A stretch of DNA of 64,000 bases from Alphaproteobacteria bacterium (GTDB taxonomy: Bacteria > Pseudomonadota > Alphaproteobacteria > Micavibrionales > UBA2020): NCBI GenBank assembly GCA_021413445.1, contig JAIOQI010000042.1:2588-66587 (forward strand). The letters run 5' to 3'. Numbering within the stretch: the stretch's first letter is position 1; the number at the start of each line of letters is the position of its first letter. This document shows positions 52,137-60,997 of this stretch, in pieces. A program made the position numbers and the translations under genes. The notes under the pieces were generated by a model. That model was given only the letters and a program-made list of their open reading frames with translations, was not told where the DNA came from and made no database searches.

Positions 52137-52916
52137 ATGAAAAATCGTACAGCTATCGTCACCGGCTCGACCAGCGGCATCGGCCTCGGCATTGCGACCT
52201 GCCTGGCGCGGGCGGGGGTGAATCTCATGCTCAACGGCTTCGGCGAGGCCGGAGAAATAGAGAAGCTCCGTAGCGGTATTGAAAAGGACTATGGCGTCCG
52301 CGTGCAGTACCACCCCGCCGACCTGCGCAAGCCGGAAGACATCCGCGCCATGGTGGCGGCGGCGGAAAAAGCTTTCGGCATGGTCGATATCCTGGTCAAC
52401 AACGCCGGCATCCAGTATGTGTCCCCCGTCGAAACTTTCCCCGAGGAAAAATGGAACGACGTGCTGGCGGTCAACCTCTCGGCGGCGTTTCACGGCAGCA
52501 AGGCGGTTTTGCCCGGGATGCAGAAAAACAAATTCGGCCGCATCATCAATATCGGCTCGGCCCATGCCCAGGTCGCTTCCAAAGACAAGTCCGCCTATGT
52601 CGCCGCCAAGCACGGCCTCATCGGCCTCTCCAAGGTCATCGCGTTGGAGAATGCCACCAAAGGGATCACCTGCAACACGGTCTGCCCCGGCTGGGTGCTG
52701 ACGCCGCTAGTGCAGAAACAGATCGACGCCCGCGCCGCGCGGGAAGGCATCAGCGCTGCTGAAGCCTCGCAGGGCCTGCTCGCCGAAAAACAGCCGGCGA
52801 TGGAATTCGCCACGGCGGAACAGATCGGCGACATGGTGGTTTATCTGTGCGGCTCCTCGGCAAAACTCATCACCGGCACGGCGCTGACCATCGACGGCGG
52901 CTGGACGGCGCAGTAA
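52137..52916 (+). CDS. bdhA: 3-hydroxybutyrate dehydrogenase (classical SDR)
   Basis: 259 aa. TGSTSGIGLGIA, NNAGIQ, and YVAAKHG. The overall pattern is that of D-beta-hydroxybutyrate dehydrogenases. Confidence 0.88.
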   Translation: MKNRTAIVTGSTSGIGLGIATCLARAGVNLMLNGFGEAGEIEKLRSGIEKDYGVRVQYHPADLRKPEDIRAMVAAAEKAFGMVDILVNNAGIQYVSPVETFPEEKWNDVLAVNLSAAFHGSKAVLPGMQKNKFGRIINIGSAHAQVASKDKSAYVAAKHGLIGLSKVIALENATKGITCNTVCPGWVLTPLVQKQIDARAAREGISAAEASQGLLAEKQPAMEFATAEQIGDMVVYLCGSSAKLITGTALTIDGGWTAQ

Positions 52917-52925
52917 CCCAACAGA

Positions 52926-53687
52926 TCAGTAATCCACGCGCACGAAATAAAGCCCGGCGGCCGGCGCCATCGGCCCGCCTTGGGTGCGGTCTTTCGCTTC
53001 CAGCGCGCGCTTCACGTCCTCCGGCGTCCACTTGCCCTCGCCGACCAGCTTCAGCGTGCCGGCGATGTTGCGGATCTGGTGGTGCAGGAAGGATCGCGCC
53101 TCCGCCCAAATCTCCACATGCCGGCCGAAAGTGAAATCATATTTGGTCTCGATGACATTGAGCCGGTCGAGGGTGCGAATCGGCGAATTGGCCTGGCAGG
53201 CGCTGGAGCGGAAGCTGGAAAAATCGTGCTTGCCGATCAGGTGCTGCGCCGCTTCCTGCATGGCGGCAACATCGAGATCCCAGCCGACATGCCAGACGCG
53301 GTGCGCATGGATGGCGGGGGACGCCCAGCGGTCCATTAATATCTTATAGCAATAGACGCGATAGACAGCGTCGAAGCGGGCATGAAAATCCGCCGCCACC
53401 GGCTCGGCCTTGACGATGGAGATCGGGTGCGGGCGCAGGTGGGCGTTGACCGCATCGCGCACCTCTTTTTCAGTGGAAATTCTTTCAATATCGACGTGGG
53501 CCACCTGCCCCACGGCATGGACGCCGGAATCGGTGCGCCCGGCGACCTGCAACGTGACGGCCTCCCCGCAAAAGTCATGAAAGGCTTTTTCCATGCAGCC
53601 CTGCACGGAGAGGTCGCTGGCTTGGCGCTGCCAGCCGACAAAATTGGTGCCGTCATATTCAATGGTGAGTTTCCAGCGCTGGGTCAT
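52926..53687 (-). CDS. truA: tRNA pseudouridine(38-40) synthase
   Basis: 253 aa. Y.GT.F.GWQRQ, and GRTDSGVHA with the catalytic Asp. Confidence 0.94.
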   Translation of the reverse strand: MTQRWKLTIEYDGTNFVGWQRQASDLSVQGCMEKAFHDFCGEAVTLQVAGRTDSGVHAVGQVAHVDIERISTEKEVRDAVNAHLRPHPISIVKAEPVAADFHARFDAVYRVYCYKILMDRWASPAIHAHRVWHVGWDLDVAAMQEAAQHLIGKHDFSSFRSSACQANSPIRTLDRLNVIETKYDFTFGRHVEIWAEARSFLHHQIRNIAGTLKLVGEGKWTPEDVKRALEAKDRTQGGPMAPAAGLYFVRVDY

Positions 53688-54616
53688 GCCAGCCTATCCC
53701 CGACCTGCACATGCGCGCCGTTCATGAAGGAGGCGCCGTCCATCGGCTTCCGGTCCTGGGGCTGGACTTTTTTCAGCAGCAAGGAACCGCTGCCGCAGGC
53801 GACCTGCAAGTTCCAGTCAAGAATCTGCCCGGGCTGGCCCTGCCCTTTTTCAACCGAAACTTCCATCACCTTCAGGCGCTGGTCGTTATGCAGGCACCAC
53901 ACCCCCGGCCATGGGTGCAGGGCGCGGAACTGGCGCTCGATGTCGACCGCCGGTTTCGTCCAGTCGATCCTGCCGTCTTCCCTGGTCAGCATCGCGGCAT
54001 AGGTCGCGCCTGCTTCAGGTTGCTTTTGCGCCGGCGGCGCTTTTCCGGCGGCGATCAGGTTCAGGGTTTTAACGATCAATTCCGCGCCCTGGGCAGCGAG
54101 GGCGTCATGCAATTGCGAAGTCGTTGTTGTGTCGGCGATGGGCACGGCGCCCCGCATCAGAACCGGGCCGGTATCCAGCCCCGCCTCCATCTGCATGATG
54201 CAAACGCCGGTTTCTTTGTCGCCCGCCAGGATGGCGCGCTGGATCGGCGCCGCCCCGCGCCAGCGCGGCAGCAGCGAGGCATGGATGTTGATGCAGCCGT
54301 GTTTCGGCGCATCGAGAACCTCCTGCGGCAAAATCAACCCGTAGGCGGCGACCACGGCAACATCCAGATCAAGTTCCGCGAAAGCTTTACGCGCCTCGGC
54401 GTCTTTTTTAAGACTGAGCGGCGCGCGCACGAGGATATGCAGTTCTTCGGCACGCAATTGCACCTTTGAGGACTGCATCTTATGCCCGCGCCCCGCCGGA
54501 CGCGGCGGCTGGCAATAGACGCAGACCACCTCGTGCCCGCTCCGGACAATGGCATCCAGCGCCTGAACGGCGAATTCCGGCGTGCCCATGAAGGCGATTT
54601 TAAGGGGCTTGTTCAT
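53684..54616 (-). CDS. fmt: methionyl-tRNA formyltransferase
   Basis: The track ORF extends to 54694; ATG 54616 (MNKPLKIAFMGTPEFA) is the typical start. Motifs HASLLPRWRGAAPI. Confidence 0.94.
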   Translation of the reverse strand: MNKPLKIAFMGTPEFAVQALDAIVRSGHEVVCVYCQPPRPAGRGHKMQSSKVQLRAEELHILVRAPLSLKKDAEARKAFAELDLDVAVVAAYGLILPQEVLDAPKHGCINIHASLLPRWRGAAPIQRAILAGDKETGVCIMQMEAGLDTGPVLMRGAVPIADTTTTSQLHDALAAQGAELIVKTLNLIAAGKAPPAQKQPEAGATYAAMLTREDGRIDWTKPAVDIERQFRALHPWPGVWCLHNDQRLKVMEVSVEKGQGQPGQILDWNLQVACGSGSLLLKKVQPQDRKPMDGASFMNGAHVQVGDRLA

Positions 54617-54620
54617 ACTT

Positions 54621-55538
54621 TCAGATTTTGTGACGTGGCGCCTGTGGCGGCTTTTTCTTGTTATCAAAAGGCGAGAATGGTCCCTCGGTACCAAAGATCC
54701 TCAGTTCCTCCAGCATATTTCTGAGGCTATATTCTGGACAATAGCCGAGGATTTTTTTTGCATCGGCAATATCAAGCACTTTGGGTCTCCGCGCCGGATC
54801 AAGGCCGTGTTTCACAGCCAGATCATAAAATTCCGCATAGTATTTTTTGAAAGAAGAGCCCGGACCGTCTTTGTCCCAGTTTTTCAAATCCTCCGCCGTA
54901 AAGTCATAAGCGCCGTCAATGGTGAAAGCCTGCGCCTTTTCTGGCGTCTTTTGGCCCGATTTTAAAAAATCGACAGCGCAAAGAACGGATTGCTCGACAT
55001 CCGCAATATGGACGGCCCCTTTGGCAAACCAGTTGGCCCATTCAATGAAATTCGCATAGACGTTTTTGTTCCAGCTCGGGATAAAGGCGCGGGGACGCAG
55101 GGTAATGACATCCATATCATGCCGGTGGGCATAGGCGCGCGCCATCTCTTCGCCCAGAATTTTGGTGTGGCCGTAAATGCCGTATTTGTCGTCCACGCTG
55201 GTGCTGGAAATGAAAACAAATTTTTTGATACCCGCCTCGGCGGCGGCCTCAAGAACATTAAAAGTGCCGGTCACGTTCAGGTCGTGGAATTCCGCCGGTG
55301 TCTTGGTTTTCTGGTTTTCGTGAATGCCGTGCCAGGCGGCAATATGAATGACACAGTCCGCGCCTTTCATCGCCCGCGCCAGAATGCCGCGGTCAAGGAT
55401 GGAGCCCTGAAAAAACTCAACGTCGTTCTCCCTCGGTGCCGCCATATCGAGGACAACAGGCACATCTCCCCTCTGTTTCAGAGAAAGGCTTAGTAGCGAG
55501 CCTAGATCACCCGATCCGCCGGTCAATAAAATACGCAT
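54621..55538 (-). CDS. NAD-dependent epimerase/dehydratase family protein
   Basis: 305 aa. MRILLTGGSGDLG, and YGHTK catalytic Tyr-x3-Lys. Hand-counted GC is about 47%. Confidence 0.82.
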   Translation of the reverse strand: MRILLTGGSGDLGSLLSLSLKQRGDVPVVLDMAAPRENDVEFFQGSILDRGILARAMKGADCVIHIAAWHGIHENQKTKTPAEFHDLNVTGTFNVLEAAAEAGIKKFVFISSTSVDDKYGIYGHTKILGEEMARAYAHRHDMDVITLRPRAFIPSWNKNVYANFIEWANWFAKGAVHIADVEQSVLCAVDFLKSGQKTPEKAQAFTIDGAYDFTAEDLKNWDKDGPGSSFKKYYAEFYDLAVKHGLDPARRPKVLDIADAKKILGYCPEYSLRNMLEELRIFGTEGPFSPFDNKKKPPQAPRHKI

Positions 55539-55550
55539 GGTGGCTTCCTT

Positions 55551-56117
55551 CTAAAGGATATGGTTCTTGGCCATATCCTCCTCGTTGTCCTTGGTGAATT
55601 TCTTGAGCTTGCGCATCAGCATGTCGCGCTTGAGCGTGGAGAGGTGGTCGACGAACAGCACGCCGTTCAGGTGGTCCATTTCATGCTGCAGCACCGTGGC
55701 CAGCAGGCCGTCGGCCTCGATTTCCTGCGCCTTGCCGTGGTAATCAAGGTACTTGACGCGCACCTTGTCCGGCCGCGTGACGTCGGCATACTGTCCGGGA
55801 ACGGACAGGCATCCTTCGTTGTAAATGCGCAGGTCTGCCGACGACCAGACGATCTCGGGGTTGATGAAATATTGCGGCTCGCCCCTTTTCTCCGCCGGCG
55901 GGACATCGTCGCCCTTGAGCTGATGGATGTCCAGCACCAAGATGCGCTTGGACACGCCGACCTGGGGCGCGGCCAGCCCCACGCCGTCGTAGGCGTACAT
56001 GGTGTCCAGCATGTCGTCCAAAAGCTTGCGGAGATCCTTGGTGACCCCGCCGGCGACCGGTTCGGCTTTTTTCTTCAGCACCGGATGCGGCGCGACATAG
56101 ATTTTCAGCACAGCCAT
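55551..56117 (-). CDS. def: peptide deformylase
   Basis: 188 aa. GVGLAAPQVG, EGCLS, and QHEMDHL. Confidence 0.96.
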   Translation of the reverse strand: MAVLKIYVAPHPVLKKKAEPVAGGVTKDLRKLLDDMLDTMYAYDGVGLAAPQVGVSKRILVLDIHQLKGDDVPPAEKRGEPQYFINPEIVWSSADLRIYNEGCLSVPGQYADVTRPDKVRVKYLDYHGKAQEIEADGLLATVLQHEMDHLNGVLFVDHLSTLKRDMLMRKLKKFTKDNEEDMAKNHIL

Positions 56118-56120
56118 GAC

Positions 56121-57383
56121 TTAACCGTTTTCAGCTTTTTTGACCGGATCGTCGGAAAATTCGCTCTCATCGACAATGCCCTTCGGCAGGTTCTTGGAGG
56201 CCTTGACGCCGAGCGCACGCAGGCTCTGGGTGCGCTTGAGGATGCTGCCGGTGCCGTCGGAAAGTTTGCTGAAGGCGTCGTCATAAACTTTCCGCGTGGC
56301 GTTTATTTTATTGCCCAGCTCCTGCATCTCTTCCACAAACCCGACGATCTTGTCGTAGAGGCCGCCGCCCTGCCGCGCGATCTCCTGCGCGTGGCGGTTC
56401 TGCAGCTCCAGCCGCCAGACCGAGGCGATGGTCTTCAGCGTGGCGAACAGGATGGACGGACAGACGATGACGATTTTCTTGTCCCAGGCGTAGCTGTGCA
56501 GCCCGATGTCTTCCTGGATGGCGAGGGAGTAGGCGCCCTCGACCGGCATAAACATCAGCACGAAGTCGGGCGTGCCCAGCTTCTCCGTGTCCTGGTAGCG
56601 GCGCTGCTCCAGCCCGTTGACGTGGGCTCGCACCGAGGCCAGATAATCCTTCAGGCAGCGGGCGCGCTCGGCCGCGTCTTCCGCCGCGCAATATCTTTCG
56701 TAGTGGGTTAGCGACACTTTCGCATCGACGATGATGTGCTTGTCTTCCGGCAGCATGATGACGACATCGGGCTTGATGACGCTGCCGTCGTCGGCGTGGC
56801 GCAGCCCCAGGTTCGCGCCCTGGATGATATAGTCGATGCCCTTGCGGAGGCCGGACGTCTCGAGGATTTTCTCCAGCATGACCTCGCCCCAGTTGCCCTG
56901 CGCCTTGACGTCGCCCTTGAGCGCTTTGGTCAGGCTTTCCGTCTGCTGGGTCATCTTTTCGTTGATCGAGATGATGTTCTCGATTTCCTTCTTGAGGGAA
57001 ACCTGCTCCTTCACCTGCGCGCCGAAAGAGTCATCCACCTTCTTCTGGAACTCCTGCAGCTTTTCCTTCAGCGGGTTGAGCAGCAGGCCGATCCCTTCCT
57101 GCGATTCCTTTTTGAACTTGTCGTTCTTCTCGTCGAAAATGCGGTTGGCGAGGTTCTCGAACTGCAGGGCGAATTTTTCTTCCAGCAGCTCCAGCCGCGC
57201 ATTGCGCTGCAGCAGGTCCTGCACCTGCGCGCCGAGCTGCGCGGCTTTTAATTCAAGCTTGGCGCGCTCGTCTTCGGAGATTTTTATTTGCGTGGTGAGC
57301 GAGACGGTTTTTCTGGTCAGCACCAGCCACGTCAGAACAGAACCGAAGAAAAAAGCCGCGGCGGCCAGTAAAAAACTATACAT
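56121..57383 (-). CDS. rmuC: DNA recombination protein RmuC
   Basis: 420 aa. N-terminal TM, a long coiled coil, and a C-terminal RmuC nuclease-like domain (PDFVLMFMP.E). Confidence 0.9.
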   Translation of the reverse strand: MYSFLLAAAAFFFGSVLTWLVLTRKTVSLTTQIKISEDERAKLELKAAQLGAQVQDLLQRNARLELLEEKFALQFENLANRIFDEKNDKFKKESQEGIGLLLNPLKEKLQEFQKKVDDSFGAQVKEQVSLKKEIENIISINEKMTQQTESLTKALKGDVKAQGNWGEVMLEKILETSGLRKGIDYIIQGANLGLRHADDGSVIKPDVVIMLPEDKHIIVDAKVSLTHYERYCAAEDAAERARCLKDYLASVRAHVNGLEQRRYQDTEKLGTPDFVLMFMPVEGAYSLAIQEDIGLHSYAWDKKIVIVCPSILFATLKTIASVWRLELQNRHAQEIARQGGGLYDKIVGFVEEMQELGNKINATRKVYDDAFSKLSDGTGSILKRTQSLRALGVKASKNLPKGIVDESEFSDDPVKKAENG

Positions 57384-57434
57384 AACATCAAGGCCTGTCG
57401 TATGAACAACGTTTTTTGAAAGCGATATCTTTCT

Positions 57435-57449
57435 TTAACGATTCTTTAA
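57435..57449. promoter_or_regulatory. CtrA-type box TTAA-N7-TTAA
   Basis: TTAAcgattctTTAA lies in the divergent rmuC / AAA-ATPase spacer. The context is AT-rich, so a chance match is possible. Confidence 0.3.
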
Positions 57450-57661
57450 TTATTGGGGGATTATACTCCAGACATCAGAAAAAACCAGATGTTCGAAAAA
57501 AAATAAAGGAGAATAATATGAAAATATTTGACGCGAAAAAAGTAGATTTGCATTCGCAGACGAATTAAATTTACTCACAGGGGTTGATGCACGCACCTTA
57601 AGCGATAAAAAATCAAAAAAACAGCAATAAAGTTGCCAAAACTTTCAAGGGGATATAAAAA

Positions 57662-59074
57662 ATGCCTAGCAATCAAGTCACGAAGCACCTCGTTGTCGAT
57701 CTGCAAACCGGCTTTGCCTATGGCATCAAGCTGGATGCGGATGGCAAATGCAAAGGCGTGCAGCCCCTGAACGTCGCCATCGAAACGCTGGATGGCCGCC
57801 TGGTCAATAAATTCGGGCCCGCGGCGAGCAATAAGCCGGCGCAGCCGCCGGCGAATACCGTGCCCTACGGCAAGACGACTTATGCAATTGAAATGACCCA
57901 AGACGGCGCGACCGGCGAGATTTTCACCCTCGTCTGGCCCAAAAAGGAAGATGCCGACAAGGGCGCTCTCCCCGTCGTCGTTAAAAAAGAGCTGCCGGAT
58001 GACCTGGTCAAGGCCGGCATTGCGCCGACGCCCCCCACGGCCAAAGGGCAAAAAGGCGATGGCGTTGACAACGAAGAAGCGCTGAAAGAAGCGATGAAGA
58101 GCATCGACAGCATGATCGGCCTCGATAAAGCCAAGGTCGATATTAAACAGAATATCGCCGTGGCGCGCTTCAACAAGATGAAGCAGGAGATGGGCCTGCC
58201 CACCAAGCCGATTTCCCGGCACATGGTCTTCACCGGCAACCCCGGCACCGGCAAAACCACCTTCGCCCGTGAAATCGCCAAGGTCTATCACGCCCTCGGT
58301 TTCATCGACAAGCCGACCGTCCACGAAGTGAAGCGGGAAGACCTGGTCGCCGGCTACGTCGGCCAGACCGCGCTCAAGACCAAGGAAGCGATCGACAAGG
58401 CCAAGGGCGGCATCCTGTTTATCGACGAGGCTTACGCCCTGTCGCGTGACGGCGGCAGCGACAGCAAGGATTTTGGCCGCGAAGCGATCGACACCCTTGT
58501 CGCCGCCATGGAAAATATGCGCGAAGACCTGATCGTCATCGTGGCGGGATACCCCGAACCGATGAAAAGGTTCATTGACGCCAACGAGGGCCTGAAATCC
58601 CGTTTCATGACCTATATCAACTTTGAGGATTACGGCGTTCCGGCCCTAGGGCAGATCCTGGACGTGATGCTGAAGGACCGCGGCTACACCATGGATGCGG
58701 ACGCCCGCGCCCACGCCATGAAGCTGATGGAAACCGAGAAAAGCCGCGCCAAAGAGAGCTTCGGCAACGGCCGCACCGTCCGCAACCTGGTTGAAAAGGC
58801 CGAAAAAGAACTGGCGCTGCGCCTGCAAAGCGAAAACAAGCTCGGCAAGGATCACGGCCTGGCCGAGGCGGATCTCAAAAAAGCGCTGACTACCATCACC
58901 CTGAAGGACATGCAGGGGGTTTCCCTGGACGGCCTCAACGCCAAGGGGAACAACAGCGGCATCGGCTTCAGCTTCGGCGACGCCATCAAAAAACCCGCCA
59001 ACGACGCCGAAAAACCCAAAACGCCGATGGCGCCCGCCGGGAAAAACAACGCCAAGAACAAATTCAATCCATAA
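57662..59074 (+). CDS. CbxX/CfxQ/SpoVK-type AAA+ ATPase with unrecognised ~150-aa N-terminal domain
   Basis: 470 aa. Walker A GNPGTGKTT, Walker B ILFIDEAY, then GREAIDTLV..ME and IVIVAGY. Lys/Asn/Pro-rich disordered tail. Confidence 0.88.
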   Translation: MPSNQVTKHLVVDLQTGFAYGIKLDADGKCKGVQPLNVAIETLDGRLVNKFGPAASNKPAQPPANTVPYGKTTYAIEMTQDGATGEIFTLVWPKKEDADKGALPVVVKKELPDDLVKAGIAPTPPTAKGQKGDGVDNEEALKEAMKSIDSMIGLDKAKVDIKQNIAVARFNKMKQEMGLPTKPISRHMVFTGNPGTGKTTFAREIAKVYHALGFIDKPTVHEVKREDLVAGYVGQTALKTKEAIDKAKGGILFIDEAYALSRDGGSDSKDFGREAIDTLVAAMENMREDLIVIVAGYPEPMKRFIDANEGLKSRFMTYINFEDYGVPALGQILDVMLKDRGYTMDADARAHAMKLMETEKSRAKESFGNGRTVRNLVEKAEKELALRLQSENKLGKDHGLAEADLKKALTTITLKDMQGVSLDGLNAKGNNSGIGFSFGDAIKKPANDAEKPKTPMAPAGKNNAKNKFNP

Positions 59075-59096
59075 AGACATGCCGATAGCCATGAAA

Positions 59097-59129
59097 AAGA
59101 GCCGTCGTTATTGACGGCTCTTTTTTTTC
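59097..59129 (+). terminator. rho-independent terminator
   Basis: AGAGCCGTC-gttatt-GACGGCTCT followed by T8. Confidence 0.88.
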
Positions 59130-59159
59130 GGGGTGTTTTGGGAGGGTGAGAGGAAGAAA

Positions 59160-59936
59160 ATGACCGATTTGTTAAGCCTGGCGCGGGAGCTGATACCGGT
59201 GGTGCATGCCGCCGGCGCCGTTGAACTCGGATATTTCAGGTCCGGCGCGGAAGTCATGGACAAGGTGGACGGCTCGCCGGTCACCCTGGCCGACCAGGAA
59301 GCGGAAGCGCTGATTGCGGAGAAACTGCGCCGCCTGCACCCCGGAATCCCGATGATCGGCGAGGAATCGGTGGCGGCCGGCGCCATTCCCGACATCAGCG
59401 GCGGGGAGTTCTGGCTGGTGGATCCGCTGGACGGCACCCGCGAATTCATCACCGGCAGCGGCGATTTCACCGTCAATATCGCCCTGCTGAAAAACTTCGT
59501 GCCGGTGATGGGCATTATCTACGCCCCGGTCGCGGACGAGCTTTATTTCGGCGCGGCCGGCGCGGCCTTCATGAGCGTCAAGGGCGGGGCTTTGCAAAAG
59601 ATCAGCGCGCGGAAGAATCCCGCCGACGGTCTGACCGTGGTCGCCAGCAAGCGGCACGGCGACCCGGAGCGCCTGAACGATTACCTCAAAGACAAAAAAG
59701 TGGCGCAGCTGACCAACCGTTCCAGCTCGCTGAAGTTCTGCGCCCTTGCCGCCGGACAGGCGGACCTTTATCCCCGCCTCGGCCCCACCTCGGAATGGGA
59801 TACGGCGGCGGGCGACGCCATTTTGCGCGCCGCCGGGGGCCGGGTCACGACGCTGGACGGCAAGCCCCTTGTTTACGGCAAGACGGAGCGGAAATTCCTC
59901 AACCCCGAATTCATCGCCTCGACGGAGCAGGCATGA
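59160..59936 (+). CDS. cysQ: 3'(2'),5'-bisphosphate nucleotidase CysQ (inositol monophosphatase fold)
   Basis: The track ORF starts at 59133; ATG 59160 (MTDLLSLAREL) is more typical. Motifs WLVDPLDGT and WDTAAGDAIL. Confidence 0.88.
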   Translation: MTDLLSLARELIPVVHAAGAVELGYFRSGAEVMDKVDGSPVTLADQEAEALIAEKLRRLHPGIPMIGEESVAAGAIPDISGGEFWLVDPLDGTREFITGSGDFTVNIALLKNFVPVMGIIYAPVADELYFGAAGAAFMSVKGGALQKISARKNPADGLTVVASKRHGDPERLNDYLKDKKVAQLTNRSSSLKFCALAAGQADLYPRLGPTSEWDTAAGDAILRAAGGRVTTLDGKPLVYGKTERKFLNPEFIASTEQA

Positions 59937-60574
59937 CGGGGCGGGAATTCAAGAAATGGTGCGATATGTTCGAGGAAAAAGCGGAACAGCTTTACCCGAC
60001 CGCAGACCCCTCGCATGACAACCTGCACATCAGCCGCGTGGTGAAAACCGCGTTGCGCCTGACGGCAGAGGAAGGCGCGGATGTTTATGTCGTCCTGCCC
60101 GCCGCCTATTTCCACGATTTCGTCAACGTGCCCAAGAACGACCCGCGCCGGAAAGAAGCGTCGCGCCTGTCGGCAGAAAAGGCGCTTGAATACCTCACCG
60201 GCATCGGCTATCCGGAACAGTATTTCGACGCCATCCGGCACGCCATCGCCGCCCACAGCTTCAGCGCCAACATCAGGCCGGAAACGCTGGAAGCCAAAGT
60301 GGTGCAGGACGCGGACCGGCTGGACAGCCTGGGCGCCATCGGCATCGCCCGCTGTTTTTCAACCTCGACCCTGATGCAGCGTCCCTATTATTGCCTGAAC
60401 GACATCTGGGCGGAGACGCGGGACCTGGATGACGTCGCTTTCGCCATCGATCATTTCCCGGTCAAGCTGTTTAAAATTGCCGAAACCATGCAGACCTCCT
60501 CCGCGCGGCTTGAGGCGCAGCGGCGCGTGGATTTCATGAGGCTCTACCTCCGGCAACTCAGGTCAGAAATCTGA
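59933..60574 (+). CDS. HD-domain phosphohydrolase
   Basis: ATG 59933 overlaps the cysQ stop (ATGA). 213 aa. H...HD (AAYFHDF) and DADRLDSLGAIG. Confidence 0.82.
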   Translation: MTGREFKKWCDMFEEKAEQLYPTADPSHDNLHISRVVKTALRLTAEEGADVYVVLPAAYFHDFVNVPKNDPRRKEASRLSAEKALEYLTGIGYPEQYFDAIRHAIAAHSFSANIRPETLEAKVVQDADRLDSLGAIGIARCFSTSTLMQRPYYCLNDIWAETRDLDDVAFAIDHFPVKLFKIAETMQTSSARLEAQRRVDFMRLYLRQLRSEI

Positions 60575-60585
60575 AAGGATCCGCC

Positions 60586-60939
60586 ATGCTGTATGAACAC
60601 CACACCCAGCCCCTGATTCCCCGCACCGCCTGGCTCCTGCGCCTGGTCAAATCCTTCCAGCTGGCGGTGGCCGTTCTGGCGGCCTGCCTGCTGGTCGGGG
60701 TTTTGGGTTACCACTTTCTGGGCAACATCGCCTGGGTCGATGCCTTTCTCGAATCGGCCATGATCCTGTCCGGCATGGGGCCGGTGGCCGCGATGCAAAA
60801 CGATCCCGTCAAGATTTTCGCGGCGTTTTACGCCCTGCTCAGCGGTTTTGTCCTGCTCAGCAGCTTCGGGTTAGTTATGGCACCCGTTCTGCACCGCTTT
60901 TTGCATCACTTCCATAGATTAAACGGCCGGCATTCTTGA
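60586..60939 (+). CDS. small 2-TM ion-channel-pore-like membrane protein with non-canonical filter
   Basis: 117 aa. TM1, then a pore-helix-like WVDAFLESAMILSGMGP, then TM2 ending LSSFGLVMAPVL (compare KcsA WWSVETATTVGYGD and ITSFGLVTAAL, from memory). Confidence 0.7.
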   Translation: MLYEHHTQPLIPRTAWLLRLVKSFQLAVAVLAACLLVGVLGYHFLGNIAWVDAFLESAMILSGMGPVAAMQNDPVKIFAAFYALLSGFVLLSSFGLVMAPVLHRFLHHFHRLNGRHS

Positions 60940-60997
60940 CCGCTGCCCGTTTTCATCATTAGAATGGCGCGTCCTTCAAAAATCAGGAGTATCCACC

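Noticed and set aside
57489-57506. Five-codon ORF ATG TTC GAA AAA AAA TAA in the AAA+ leader
   Set aside because: It is too short, has no RBS, and lies in an A-rich tract.
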